Notes under the pieces: model-generated
What the model was told of the DNA's origin: nothing
Database searches by the model: none
Seen by the model: only the letters and a program-made list of their open reading frames with translations
Program-made: the position numbers and the translations under genes
NCBI RefSeq assembly: GCF_963921235.1
Contig: NC_086097.1
Span: 14,322,001 to 14,386,000, forward strand
Direction: 5' to 3'
DNA from: Mobula hypostoma
Taxonomy: Eukaryota
DNA length: 64,000 nucleotides
Shown: in pieces, positions 23,991 to 36,635 of the stretch
How the letters are laid out: every line of letters begins with the position of its first letter
Position numbering within the stretch: position 1 is the stretch's first letter

Positions 23991-26900
23991 CATGGCCAGC
24001 TCTAAATCCTGGACCACAATGAATTCCATCATTTTGCTGACTTGTAAATGCCATTCCTCTTACTCTGAAACCCACAAGCTATAGTCTTTAAGAATCCTGG
24101 GTTTTGCCCAGTTGATGAAAATCTTTCTGCCATTTGGAAGACACAAGCCAGCAGAATAGTGAAATCGTCTCCACTTGCCCAGATGACTACAGCTCCAATT
24201 GCATTCTCTGGGGTAATCAATAAATGCTGTTACTGCCAGAAATGCCCACATACTAAAAAATGAGTTAAAAATATCTTGAGGAAAAGGATTCAGGTTTGCT
24301 TATCACATCTGGATTATGAAAGATCCAAAGAGACCCTTTGAATGGCAAGAGCCTACCAAGGTGCTTCTCTCCTTTCTTGCAACTAAAGTCAACTGTTCAA
24401 AGTTCAAAGTAAATTTTATTGTTAAAGTGCATATCTGTCATCATATACAACTTTGACATTCATTTTCTTGTGCGCATACTCAATTAATGTCTAGAATAAC
24501 CATAACAGAACCAATAAAAGGCCGTCCAACTAGAGTGTTCAACCAGAGTGGATAAGACCAACAAACTGGGCAAATAAAAAAGAAGAAATAATAATAGTAA
24601 ATTAATGAGCAATAAATATTGAGAACATAAGATGAAGAGTCCTTGAAAGTGAGTCCGTGGGTTAAGGGAACAGTTCAGTGATGGGGTGATTGAAGTTGAG
24701 TGAAGTTATCCCCTCTCATTCAAGAGCCTGATGTTTGGGGGGTAATAACTGTTCCTGAACCTGGTGATGCGAGTCCTGAAGCTCCTGTACCTTCTTCCTG
24801 ATGGCAGCCATGAGAAGAGAGCACGTCCTGGGTATTAGGGGGTCCCTGATGTTGGATGCTGAATGGAACTGTATTTGAGAATGAATACAGAGCGATCAGT
24901 GTTGCTGTGGTACATTGAGAACATGCAACCAGTGGCGTCCCTCTACTCCCCAGAATAGCTTAGCAGTATCTCTCAAGCTGTAAAAGGTCAATGCTCACAA
25001 CCCCAATGTGCCCACGTATCCAGGGGCTGTCCCTTGCCTTGCCACGAGACGGTATCTTGGTCAGCAACTGCCACCTTGCTGAAAAATGTTCAATAAACAG
25101 CATGATTAAACTTTAATATGAAAAATTGATTACAGGACCTTGTTTAATGCTGCACTCTGTGGTGAATGTGTGTGATGTACGGGTTTATCATTCAGCAATA
25201 ACATCAACTTGAAGGGTGATTTCCAGCCCTGGGGTGCTGATTACTAGCCTGAGTAAAGAGTATTTCTGCCATAACGCCTATTGTTGACATTTTTACTGCT
25301 CTGCAAGCACTATTTTATAGTTTACAGCACACTAACGGCAGTGTTTTTGAAGCTGACAGGTTTTCCACTGTTGGTCTCATACCCAGTTGCGCTCTGTGTG
25401 GGAACCATAGAAACTCTTAATTTTGCCAGATGTCTGGTCTCCTGCCACACAGGGTGTAAAGTGTTAGGGTTTGTCTGACATGCTTCAAAATCGTCTCAAG
25501 GAGAATGAATTTATCACAGAAACAGGGGCACCCTGACTGCATCTTACATCCCTCTGTTTCGCCTTGCTGTTAAGTTCCAGGCACAATCTTACCAAAAAGG
25601 GGGAGAGTGTGTGTGTTCCAAGGCGTCGCCAGTGTGGTCCTGGGAATGTACAATAGCAGCCTACGTGGCCTCCCCTCAAGGCCTGGAGAGAAAGCCCTCC
25701 TTCTGCATTTCTTCCCTGCAACGCGTTTGGGCTTGTATTCAGTGACTCGCTGATTTCCTCCAGCATCGTGCATGTAACTCTAGATTCCAGCATCTGCAGT
25801 CCCTCGTGCCTCTCTCATGTTTTCAGTTCTCTCCTTGGCCAAACCAGCTATATGTTTGTGGCCTCCTCCAGGTCAACAACCCTTCGAGACCTCTATGCCT
25901 CCCCAGTCCTGCCCCCTAGTTGAATTCAGAAATTCAATTACTCCATTGTTGGCAGCTGTACCTTTAGTTGCCTGAGTCCTAGTTTCCAGAATTCCCTCCC
26001 TTAACCCCTCTCCCTCTCCTTCTTCTTTTAAGACACCCCACATCGCCAGTTTAGTTTTAGTTCAAGCACAGGATATGGATGTCACTGGCATCCTTACATA
26101 CACCTGTCTAAGACATTGGTGCACCAGTGTCTTGAACTGCAGCAATTCCAGTGAAGAATGTACTCCACAGAGTCACTGAGAAGGGAGTTACAAGGTTTTG
26201 TACGCAAGAACACGGAGAGGTTTCAACAGCATGACTATGTGTAATGTGTAAGACTCCCAAACACTGACCTTCCAGTGTCAGGAGTTGAGGCTTGGGAGAT
26301 ATTGCCAAAGATATTGCCATTGGGGTGGCATGGTAGCATAGCAAATTGCACAACACTATTGCAACTCACTGCATCGGAGTTCAGAGTTCAATTCCAGCAT
26401 CCTCTATAAGGAGTTTGTATGTTCTCCATTCGCCCACATAAGTTTCTCAGGGTGTTCCAATTTCCTCTCACATTCCAAAGGTGTACTGGATAGTAGGTTA
26501 ATGAGTCATTATTGATGCTAAGATACATCTTAGGATGCACTGGGACACATCAGAGATGTAACCTTGAGTCATTGGGTGTTTCAGGTCTTTCAACATCAGA
26601 CAATCTCACCCAGATGACCTAGCCATGTTAATCAGGCCCTGGCTTGTGTCCTAGCAGCACTAGACCATTGGCTCATACCTCATGATCCATTGGCAGCTTG
26701 AAGCTCGCTCAGCGGCTTCTGTAATGGTCCTGATGGCTCTTTTCTTTGCAGCCCCCATCGTGTCAAGGAGAGAGTAGGTTCTGCAGAGCGAGCAGGCAGC
26801 AAAACCTGCAAAACCCACCTCTATAGACTCACATTTTGCCCTCCTCTCCTGTCCCTGTAAGTTGTCCTGTGATTAGGTTAAGAGTAAATAGGTGAGTTGC

Positions 26901-27017
26901 TGGATGGTGTGGCTCGTTGGACCAGACAAGTCTATTTCTCGCTATATCGCTAAATAAATAAATAAGAAAGCTTGGTGAATTGCCACAACATACAGCAAGT
27001 AGTATGTAGACGTGCTT

Positions 27018-27720
27018 ATAGAAACATAGAACAACCTACAGCACAATACAGGCCCTTCAGCCCACAATGCTGTGCCAAACATGTACTTAATTTAGAAATT
27101 ACCTTGGGTTACCCATAGCCCTCTATTTTTCTAAGCTCCATGTACCTATCCAGGAGTCTCTTAAAAGATTCTATTGTATCCGCTTCCACCACTTCTCATT
27201 CTCTATTGCTTCAAGGAGAAAAAGCCAAGTTCATTCAATCTATTCTCATAAGGCATGCTCTCCAATCCAGGTAGCATCCTTGAAAATCTCCTCAGCTCTC
27301 TCTCTATATCTCCCCTACATCTTTCCTGTAGTGAGCTGACCAGAAATGAACACAGTACTCCAAGTGGGGTCTAACTAAGGTCTTATATAGCTGTAGCATT
27401 ACCTTGTGGCTTCTGAACTCAGTCCTACAGTTGATGAAGACCAACACACCATATGCCTTGTTAACAACATTGTCAATCTGTGCAGCAGCTTTGAGCATCC
27501 TACGGATCTCTCTGATCCTCCACACTGCCAAGAGTCTTACCATTAATATCATATTCGGTCTTCAAATTCGACCTGCCAAAATGAACCACTTCACATTTAT
27601 CTGGGTTGAACTCCATCTGCCACTTCTCAGCCCAGTTCTGCATTCCATTGATGTCCCACTGTAACCTCGGATAACCCTCCAGACTATCCACAACACCCCC
27701 AACTTCTGTGTCATCAGCTC
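27018..27720 (-). mobile_element. CR1 LINE 3' fragment (internally deleted)
   Basis: ADDTEVGGVVDS...WAEKWQMEFNPDKC; LVRPHLEYCVHFWS. Confidence 0.9.
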
Positions 27721-29224
27721 CAATCACTTCCACTATTATCACCGAGTGTGCCCTTTTGCTAACAGAACAGATCTCCCAGAGGTGGGTCCACTTCTTAGAG
27801 CGAGTATTGATCTATGTGCATCTTTGATGTGTGGTGGGGAGAGGGCATGAATGATTAACTTTAGGGATGGTGATGAGGAAGCTGGGCCCCAATCAAGGGA
27901 ATAGATATGTCCTGGATAGTATCAAGTTTCTTCATTGTTATTGGTGCTGGACGTGTCCAGAACAGAATAAAACTTTATTATTATTGATCAAGACAATGAG
28001 ATTGCACTTCTACTCCAGTCCATGCAAAGCAGATAATGTTTTTAAAATCCAATACTTACATGCAACAAGTGACTTTGACTATCCATCCATCACACTCAAA
28101 GACTGTTGGTAAGCCAGGGCGTAGCATTATTCAGCTGCACAACCGCCTTTGGGAATACGCTGTTTTTCAGCCTTACTCTCTTGCCTAAGATATTTCTGTA
28201 TCTCCTACGAGATGGCAGAAGACTAAACAGACAGGCATCTGGATTCAACTCCATTACGTGCATAGAAGATAGAACATAGAAGAGTAAAGCACAGTTCAGG
28301 CCCTTTGGCCAGTGATGTTGTGCCAGCCTTCTAAACTACTCTAACATCAATCTAGCCATTTTCTTCCACTCCATTTTTCTTTCATCCATGTGCCTCTCTA
28401 AAATTTTCTTAAATATCCCTAATGTATTTATGCTCCTGGATTGTATCTTGTAGAGAGTGGGAAGGATGAGACTCAAGCTACAGGATATAAACCCCTGAGC
28501 TGCTCTTGTACCCAGAGGGCTGGTCCAGTGAAATTGGGAATACGTTGGCGGTCCAATCAAACATGGACACCAATATTTTTTGCTAATGTAACTTAATAAA
28601 TCTTCTTGTAGCTTTGGTAACAAGCATGGCTGATCACTCTTCCTTGAAGCACCTTGATACACTTATTCTGTATTAAAGATGCCAGATAAATGCAAACAGT
28701 TGTTTTACAATCAGCGTTTTGGGCATGCGGGGTTTTGTATTAAATAGACTTTCTGTTCTAATGTGTTCTTCCTTGTAAAAATTGTGCTAAAATATTTCAA
28801 CCTTATTTTTTTCCCTGTGACTGCTGTTTCTCTGATGTTAAGTGCCAATGATGCTGCTGCAGGTGAATTTTACATTGTATCTGGGCATGCACAAACTTGA
28901 GCAGATGACAATGACCTCAACATTGACTTTGACATTGACTTTGGTGGAGAGAAACTAAACTTAACATCCATTCCATTTAATTCCAGTGCAGTTCTACCCT
29001 GTGACAGGTGACAATCTGAACTGATTCATTCATCCGATGGGTGACCACCAGCCCATGGTTGAGAATTTACTCCAATGTTATGTTGATAGGCCTTAAGCAA
29101 AAACTGGATGTACTTGACTTTGAAAGCAGCCTGAGAATATTATGGACTGCTGCTGTAAAGGGTTTATGAAGTGCTTTTCAAAAGCTGTGTGCAATGAAAA
29201 CCAACAGAGAAAGAACATGTGAGG

Positions 29225-29460
29225 ATTTTTGAAGAAGAGAGTTAACCTCTGGTGTCCTGGCCAAGACTTAAGTGTCAAACAACATCTGGGCATTATCACA
29301 CTGCTCTTTGTGGCAGCTTATTGTGTGGCAAATAGTCTGCTGTGCTTCCTGCCTTGCAAACCTAAACAGTGCTTCGAAAGTACTTCGCCACCTGTAAGGT
29401 GCTTCCAGACATCCTGTGGTCATAAAACAAAGGTATAACGGATGTAAGCTATTTCTTTCT
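29225..29460 (+). mobile_element. Ancient DeuSINE-like remnant
   Basis: gaagaagag...ggtgtcctggccaa...attatcacactgctctttgtgg...ttcgaaagtacttc...ctgtaaggtgctt resembles recalled Deu-domain plus L2-type tail. Confidence 0.5.
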
Positions 29461-30864
29461 AAGTTGGCTAGCCTGGGGCTTGCACCTCACATAAACTGCT
29501 TGAACTACAACAGAGTTATGTCAGAATGTGCAGCTATTGGATTATACCTGATGTGCTGATGTAACTTGTGCTGAGGTTCCATGTTAGCCTTTAGTCCATA
29601 TTATACAAATTCCTCTTCACTCATTGCACACTTAATCCTCCTCTTTGTCTGTTACAAATGTGAGGAACAATACCACAAGTTGGTTATCTTGGCGAGTTGG
29701 TCATAATACCCAACTCAAGACGCCCTACCATACAGAATATCTTCAAAAGGTGGTGCTCACGAAGGAAGCATCCATCATTAATGACCCTCACCAACTGGGA
29801 CATGCCCTCTTCCCATTATTACCATCAGCATGGTTGTACAGGAGCCTGACAACCACTCTCAAAATTTTAGGAACAGCTTCTTCCTCTCTGCCAATAGATT
29901 TCTGTAAGGTCTTTGAAGCCATTAACACTACCTCACTATTGGCGTTTTGCACTATTTATATATTTTATTGTAACTTAGAGTAACTTTTTATGTCTTGTAC
30001 TGTATAGCTGCCGCAAAATAAATTTCACCACACACACATGCACACACAGTGCTGGAGGAACTCAGCAATCCAGCATCTATGGATAATGAACAGTCAACAT
30101 TTTGGGCTGAGATCCTTCATTTTTAAGTATTGTATTTCAATATTTCCAGCATCTGCAGAATCTTTTGCGTTTAAAATTTCATGACATACAGTCTCTACGG
30201 CCCTCACATTGTGCGTGTACAAAGCTCGGCAGGGAGTTAAACACCTTCTCAATAATCTCCCGAGCCGGAAGCTTTCTTCAGGGTTTTTGATGAGAAAAAC
30301 TTCTGAAAAAGATATTGTTGTTTCAAGGGTAAGGAACAAATGGATGAAGATGGATAACTTTCAATGTGACATCAACTTTTATACACAATACCTCAACCGA
30401 TCAAGGCACGAATACCATGTGCCTTCTTTAGCACCTCATCCACTTATATTCTCACTATAGACTTACTGCCTGAGGTCCTTCAGTACATCAATGCTCCTTG
30501 GTGTTTACTGTATGCTTTTCTCTTTCAAAGCTAGCCAGCACCATCATGGGCACAAGCCTCCCCAATCTCGAGGACATCTTTAAAAGGCAATGCCTCAAAA
30601 TGGCAGCATCCATCATTAAGGACCCCCATCACCCAGGACATGCCCTGTTCTCATTGTTACCATCAAGGAGGAGGTATAGGAGCATGAAGACGTACACTCA
30701 ATGTTTCAGCAGCAGCTTCTTCCACTTTGCCATCAGATTTCTGAATGGACAATGAACCCATGTACACTACTTCACTGTTTTTTCCTTCTAATGCTCTTTT
30801 CCCACTACTTGTTTAAATTTATAAACATATATACTATATAAATTAAATATACAAAAGTAAACTG

Positions 30865-31620
30865 TAAGGAGATGCTGGCAGGGATGACAGTAGAGCAGCA
30901 ATGGCATGAGTTTCTGGGAAAAAAATGGGGAAGGTGCAGGATAGATGTATTCCAAAAATGAAGAAGTGTTCCAATGGCAAAATAGTACAACTGTGGCTGA
31001 CAAGGGAAGTCAAAGCTAATGTAAAAGCAAAAGAGAGGGCATACAACAAAGCAAAAATTAGCAGGAAAATAGAGGATAGGAAAGTTTTTTAAAACCTACA
31101 GAGAGCATCTTAAAGAATCACTAGGGGAGAGGAGATGAAATACGAAAGCAAGCAAGCAAACAATATCAAGGTGAGTAGAAAAAGCTTTTTCAAGTACATA
31201 AAAAATAAAAGGGAGATGAGAGTGGATATAGTACCGCTAGAAAATGAAGCAGGGGGAATAATAACAAAGGACAAGGAGATCGCAGATTAAATAAATGAGT
31301 ATTTTTCATCAGTCTTCACTGTGGAAGACATTAGCAGTGTGTCAGATGTTGAAGGGTGAGAAGGAAGAGAAGTGATTGCAGTTGCTATTACAAGGGGGAA
31401 AGAGTTCAAAGAGCTGAAAGACCTAAGGGTAAATAAGTCACCCAGATGAACGGGGCTCTGAAAGGGGTAGCGAAAGAGATTGTGGAGGCTTTAGCAAGAT
31501 CTTTTAAGAATCGTTGGACTCAGGCACGGTTCATTAGAACTAAAAAAATTGCAAATGTCACTCCACACTTCAAGAAATGAGGAAGGCAACAAAAAGGAAA
31601 TTATAAACCAGTTAACCTGA
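30865..31620 (+). mobile_element. Degraded internal CR1 ORF2 fragment
   Basis: Remnants NEYFSSVFTVED, ANVTPHFKK, NYKPVNL. Confidence 0.8.
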
Positions 31621-32867
31621 TTCTACTAATTCATGATCCTGCACACCTACTCTTCAGACCACTTACACTTTCACTCCAGCCTTTAATATTTTTCAAGTAA
31701 CAAGTTCTTGTAGAACACTACTGGTCACAGACCTCCGGTCAGTGGAATCCTCCTCCACCACCACTCCCTGACTTGTAAAACAAGGACAATTTTATATCCC
31801 ATTGATGAAATCTGTTTGGATGGCATATCTTAATCTTCCAGTCTGCCATGAGGAGCTTTGCAGAATGCTTCACTGAAGTCCACATAAACAACATCTGCCT
31901 CTCTACCCTCATTAATCATCTTCATCACCTACTAAAAAAATATCAAATTTACAAAAATGAGAAAATCTGCAGATGCTGGACATCCAAAGTAACAAACACA
32001 AAATGCTGGAAGAATTCCGCAGGCCAGGTAGCATCTAGGAAAAGAGTAACCCGTCAATATTTTGGGCCAACACCCTTCATCAGGACTGATTTACGAGACA
32101 GGACACCCCCACCCCCCACCTCATGCAAACCCATTGCTGATTTTCCCTAATATGTCCATGTTTCTCCAGATGCCAGTATGTACTGTCCCAAAGATTTTTT
32201 TCCTCTCTAGTAAGTTCCCTATACTTATTGGCCTATAATTTCCTAAATTATCACTGTTGCCTTCTTAAACAAAGGAACAACACTGGTTATTCTCCAGTCA
32301 TCACTATTCTCCACGGCTAAAAAGCATATAAAGATCTCAGCCAAGACCACAACAATCTCTTCTGTAGTGCCCCTCAGTATCCTGTGATAAATCCTAGGAT
32401 CTATCTCAGGACTAATCCACCTTAATGCTTTTCAAGTTACCCAACTCCTCCTTAACATTGACAAGACATCTTTTAACTTTCTTTTCCTCAGACAGACAAT
32501 GGCTGTGATAGCACGCTAAGGGAGGTGGTAAGTTTTATCACAAAAGTCTGCTTTCACTGAAGAATAGCTCCAAAGTCATGAGAAGTGTTCCACATATCAT
32601 GGGCTCTTATTTAGGACCTTATTGTCAGAGAGAGGTGTTCTGCAAAAATGGCTTCAGATTGGGAAATGACCTTTGTTTCATGAATATGTACAGCCCATTC
32701 TGTTGGCACCACTGAGACTCACTTTCAAGGACTCCTCATCTCATATTCTCGATATTTATTGCTCTCTTTGGGGTGCTTTGCTGTTGCTTGGTGGGTGCTG
32801 GGTGCTGACTCTTTTTGCTGAAATGGGCAGGAGGAGGGGGAAGGTTGATGTGTTGATGCTTGCTTAT

Positions 32868-33170
32868 AGAAACATAGAAAATAAGTGCAGGAGTAGGCCA
32901 TTCGGCCCTTCGAGCCTGCACCACCATTCAGTATGATCATGGCTGATCATCCAACTCAGAACCCTGTACCTGCCTTCTCTCCATACCCCCTGATCCCTTT
33001 AGCCACAAGGGCCATATCTAACTCCCTCTTAAATATAGCCAATGAACTGGCCTCAACTGTTTCCTGTGGCAGAGAATTCCACAGATTCACCACTCTCTGT
33101 GTGAAGATTTTCCTCATCTCGGTCCTAAAAGGCTTCCCCTCTATCCTCAAACTGTGACCCCTCGTTCTGT
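32868..33170 (-). mobile_element. CR1 3' end
   Basis: FTQRVVNLWNSLPQETVEASSLAIFKRELD; (tagaaaca) tail; same family as 59515-59838. Confidence 0.9.
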
Positions 33171-33329
33171 GGGGAGGTGGGGAAGGGGCTTTGGAGTTCT
33201 AACATTTTTCTGTGGCTCTTTCTTTTGGAGTTCTTCTGCTTTTCATGGATGTCTGCAAAGACAAGTATTTCAGGTTGTATGTTGTATACATTCTCTGATA
33301 ATAAGCAGAACTATTTGAAATAACTTACT

Positions 33330-33643
33330 ATTCATGATGCCACTGGCATTCAGGGCAGCAATGAAAGTCCTCCATCTCTGTCAATATAGAAGGATTCTTC
33401 ATTGCTGTTTCCACAACAATTATTTTTTGACCAGTCAGAGTTGTTAGCCCTGAGTTGAACCCCCAAACCTGGAGGACTGGTAGACCACTCTTGGTTTAGC
33501 CTCTACTCTTTGACCTGTCTGGCTTGGGTGACCCTACCAAGGACCAAAGCATATAGCACTGACTCCAGCCAACATAGCTCCCCAGGTCATTAAAGCACGC
33601 AAGCCTCTAAACTGTTCGACAAGTTTGTTGTCCTCTTGGAGGA
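33330..33643 (-). mobile_element. RTE (Expander/Rex3-like) bipartite non-autonomous element
   Basis: Minus strand: RTE 5'UTR-like gaggcttgcgtg...agctatgttgg...ggtagggtcaccc joined to ORF-end remnant WRTFIAALNASG. Confidence 0.65.
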
Positions 33644-35009
33644 CTTCTTGCTTATATATTTATTATTATTAGTTAGTTTTTTTTTCTTTTTACCTTTTGC
33701 TCATTGGTTGATTGTTTGCCTTCAGTTTTTCATTGATTCTATTGTGTTACTTTGAATGCCCTCAAAAAATAAATCTCAGAGTAGTACATTTGTATATGGT
33801 GAGATATATGTACTTTGAACTTTGAATTTTGAACTTTTGACAAAGACTTGGAACTTGGCCTCCAAATAAGTGCGTGTGCAAACATCTTGTTCAGTACCAA
33901 GGGCAATGTAGGTGGAGCCATTTTCCATTTCTTCTGTAGATGAGCTCAACTGTAGCAGTGAGATGTAATGCTGCAGAAAGTAGGTTGAAGGGAAGTGCTT
34001 CTGTTATGTCAGCTTGCGTCATGCAACATCTCTGGAGTCTAGGACCAGAGGGCACAGCCTCAGGATAGAAGGAGAGCCTTGAGAGATGGAGAGGAATTTT
34101 TTTAGACAGAGGGGAGTGAATCTCTGGAATTCATTGCCACTGGTGGCTGTGGAGATCAAGACATTGAGTATATTTAAAATAGAGATTGATAAGTTCTTGA
34201 TTAATCAGGGTGTCAATAGTTAGGCAAGAGAAGAGGGTTGAGAGGGATGATATCAGCCATGATTGAATGGTAGAGCAGTCCCATTGTGCAGATGGCCTAA
34301 TTCTGTTCCTGTTTTATGGTCTTATGGTCTTAATGGACTTGAGGTTTTGTGCTCCAATTGTAATTATGGATTATCAGCCATTGCTCAGTTAGTAGCAATA
34401 AACTGGAGAATAAAATGACCTAACAGACAACTGGTTTCCATCATAGAGTAGTTAGTTCATTGTAAATATTATCCTGTTCCAAGGAAGTTTTAATTCCAAT
34501 ACTTCAGACTAATGAGTTTTCAGGAAGTTCCAACACTCTTTTGCACTGTTGAAAATGCTCTGCTTTCAATTACTCATTTTATGTGGAAGCCATTTTCAGT
34601 AAATATTTCACCAGTGATTGTAAATCTAACCAACTCAGAATTGGAATCAGATTTAATATCATTGGCATATGTCATGAAATTTGTTGTTTTGCAACACCCG
34701 TACATTGCAATACATAATAATAAAAGTTATGAATTACAATATGTATATGTAAAAAAATAAAATTAAATTAAAGAAGTAGTGGGAAAAGAGGGAAAAACAT
34801 GCTGAAGAAGTGTTCATGGGTTCATCAACTATTCAGAGATCTGATGATGAAGAGGAAGAAGCTTTTCCTGAAATGTTGAGTGTGTGTCATCAGGTTCCTT
34901 GTTCCTCCTCCTTGAAAGTAGTAATGAGAAGAAAGCATATCTTGGGTGATGGGGATCCTTAATAATGGATGATGCTTATTTGAGGCTTCACTCCTTGAAG
35001 ATGTCCTGG

Positions 35010-35688
35010 GTTAGATTAGATTAGATTATGAGGACACGCAGTCCTCTTTTATTGTCATTTAGTAATGCATGCATTACGAAATGATACAATATTCCTCCAG
35101 AATGATATCACAGAAACACAAGACAAACCAAGACTAAAAAAACCTGACAAAACCACATAATTATAACATATAGTTAATAAAGTGCAAAGCAATACCGTAA
35201 TTTGATAAAGAACAGACCAGGGGCACGATAAAAAAAAGTCTCAAAGTCTCTTGAAAGTCCCATCATCTCACACAGATGGTAGAAGGAAGAGAAACCCTTT
35301 TCCTGCCATGAACCTCCAGCGCCGCAAACTTGCCGATGCAGTACCCTGGAAGCACCCGACCACAGCTGACTCTTGAACTTCGAGCCTCCGACCAGCCCTC
35401 CGACGCCAAGAACCGAGCACCATCTCTGCCGAGCGCTTCGACCCCGGTCCCGGCAACAGGCAATAGGCAAAGCTGAAGATTTGGGGCCTTCCCCTCTGGA
35501 GATTCTCAATCGCACAGTAGCGGCGGCAGCGAAACAGGCACTTCAGAAGTTTCTCCAGATGTTCCTCCGTGCTTCTCACATCTGTCTCCATCAAATCAGG
35601 ATTGTGCACGGTACCTACTTAACAAATACGATATCATTTCGGAGCGGCTGCGCACGCTGAGTCTCACCAACATCTTCTCCTCCCCTCC
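35010..35688 (-). mobile_element. Non-coding SINE-like insertion with (TCTAA)n tail
   Basis: Interrupts Rex1 at gatgtcctgg/atgctgg; CpG-rich body; aataaa then tctaa repeats on minus strand. Confidence 0.65.
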
Positions 35689-36077
35689 ATATGCTGGAGA
35701 AGCTAGTGCCCATGATGGAGCTGGCTGAGTTTTCAACTTTCTGCAGCTTTTTCTGATCCTGTGCAGTGGCCCCTCCATCCCAGGTGGTGATGCAACCAGC
35801 TAGGAAGCTCACCATGGTACCTGTGTAGAAATTTGTGAGTGCCTTTGGTGACATTCCAATTCTCCCCAAACTCCTAAGGAGATTTAGGTGCTGTTATGCC
35901 TTCTTCGTAACTGTCTCAATATGTTGGGCCTAAGATAGGTTTTCAAAGATGTTAACACCCAGGAATATGAAACTGCTCACCCTTTCCACTTCTGGTCCCT
36001 CAATGAGGACACGTGTGTGTACCCTCGACTTCCCCTACCTGATGTCCACAATCAATTCCTTGCTCTTACTATTGATG

Positions 36078-36635
36078 TAGGTTTGGTCGCCGGCCGCCCG
36101 ACCATAGTTTTCAGTCAGGCGCTGGACGCTCGGAGAGATTCGGCAGGGGCCATGGTCGAGTGGTCGGTGACTTGGGCTGGCTGCCCCACCGGACTTAGTC
36201 TGGTGAGGAGGGTGTGAGGACACCCAGCAAGACTGAAAAAAAACAAGACCTGACAAAGGACGGATGAACTCCTTGTGAGCCAACGGCCATCTTCCGTGGA
36301 AGAGATTAAAGCCTCACCACGTATCTACGAATTGTATGCTATGCACCTAGTTAGAAGAGACATGATGAACTTGGGCGCTGCACCGTGTGCCTGGACCTGC
36401 CCAAGGCCTCCGCCTAAGGAAGGGTCGAGCTCGAAGAAGCAGCCGCGGCTGGAGGCCGACACGGCCTCGGGCTCAAGTTCGGCGGGGGCGGGGGCGGCGG
36501 CGGGCAGTGCCAAGGCGGCCAGCGAGAACAAACCAGAGGAGAGGCTGTACTTGGTGCTGTCGCAAGATCGAAGAAGAAGGAGGTGCATAGCCGCCAACCC
36601 CGGACTCGGGATGGCGCCCACTGACTGACTGACTG
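36078..36635 (+). mobile_element. RTE-derived non-autonomous element with captured host-gene fragment and (CTGA)n tail
   Basis: 10-bp TSD actattgatg (36068-36077) / actaatgatg (36636-36645); 3' end DMMNL..QDRRRRRCIAANPG resembles RTE C-terminus. Confidence 0.75.
36377..36560 (+). pseudogene. ZFTRAF1: Circularly permuted fragment of ZFTRAF1/CYHR1-like N-terminal coding sequence
   Basis: 36379-36411 encodes [11 protein letters not shown]; ~36433-36559 encodes KKQPRL...[12 protein letters not shown]; recalled vertebrate ZFTRAF1 reads KK...[25 protein letters not shown]. Confidence 0.8.

Noticed and set aside
36275..36628. 117-aa ORF as a genuine host gene
   Set aside because: Lies inside a TSD-flanked insert nested in a LINE; GTG start; the CxxC segment is out of order and out of frame.
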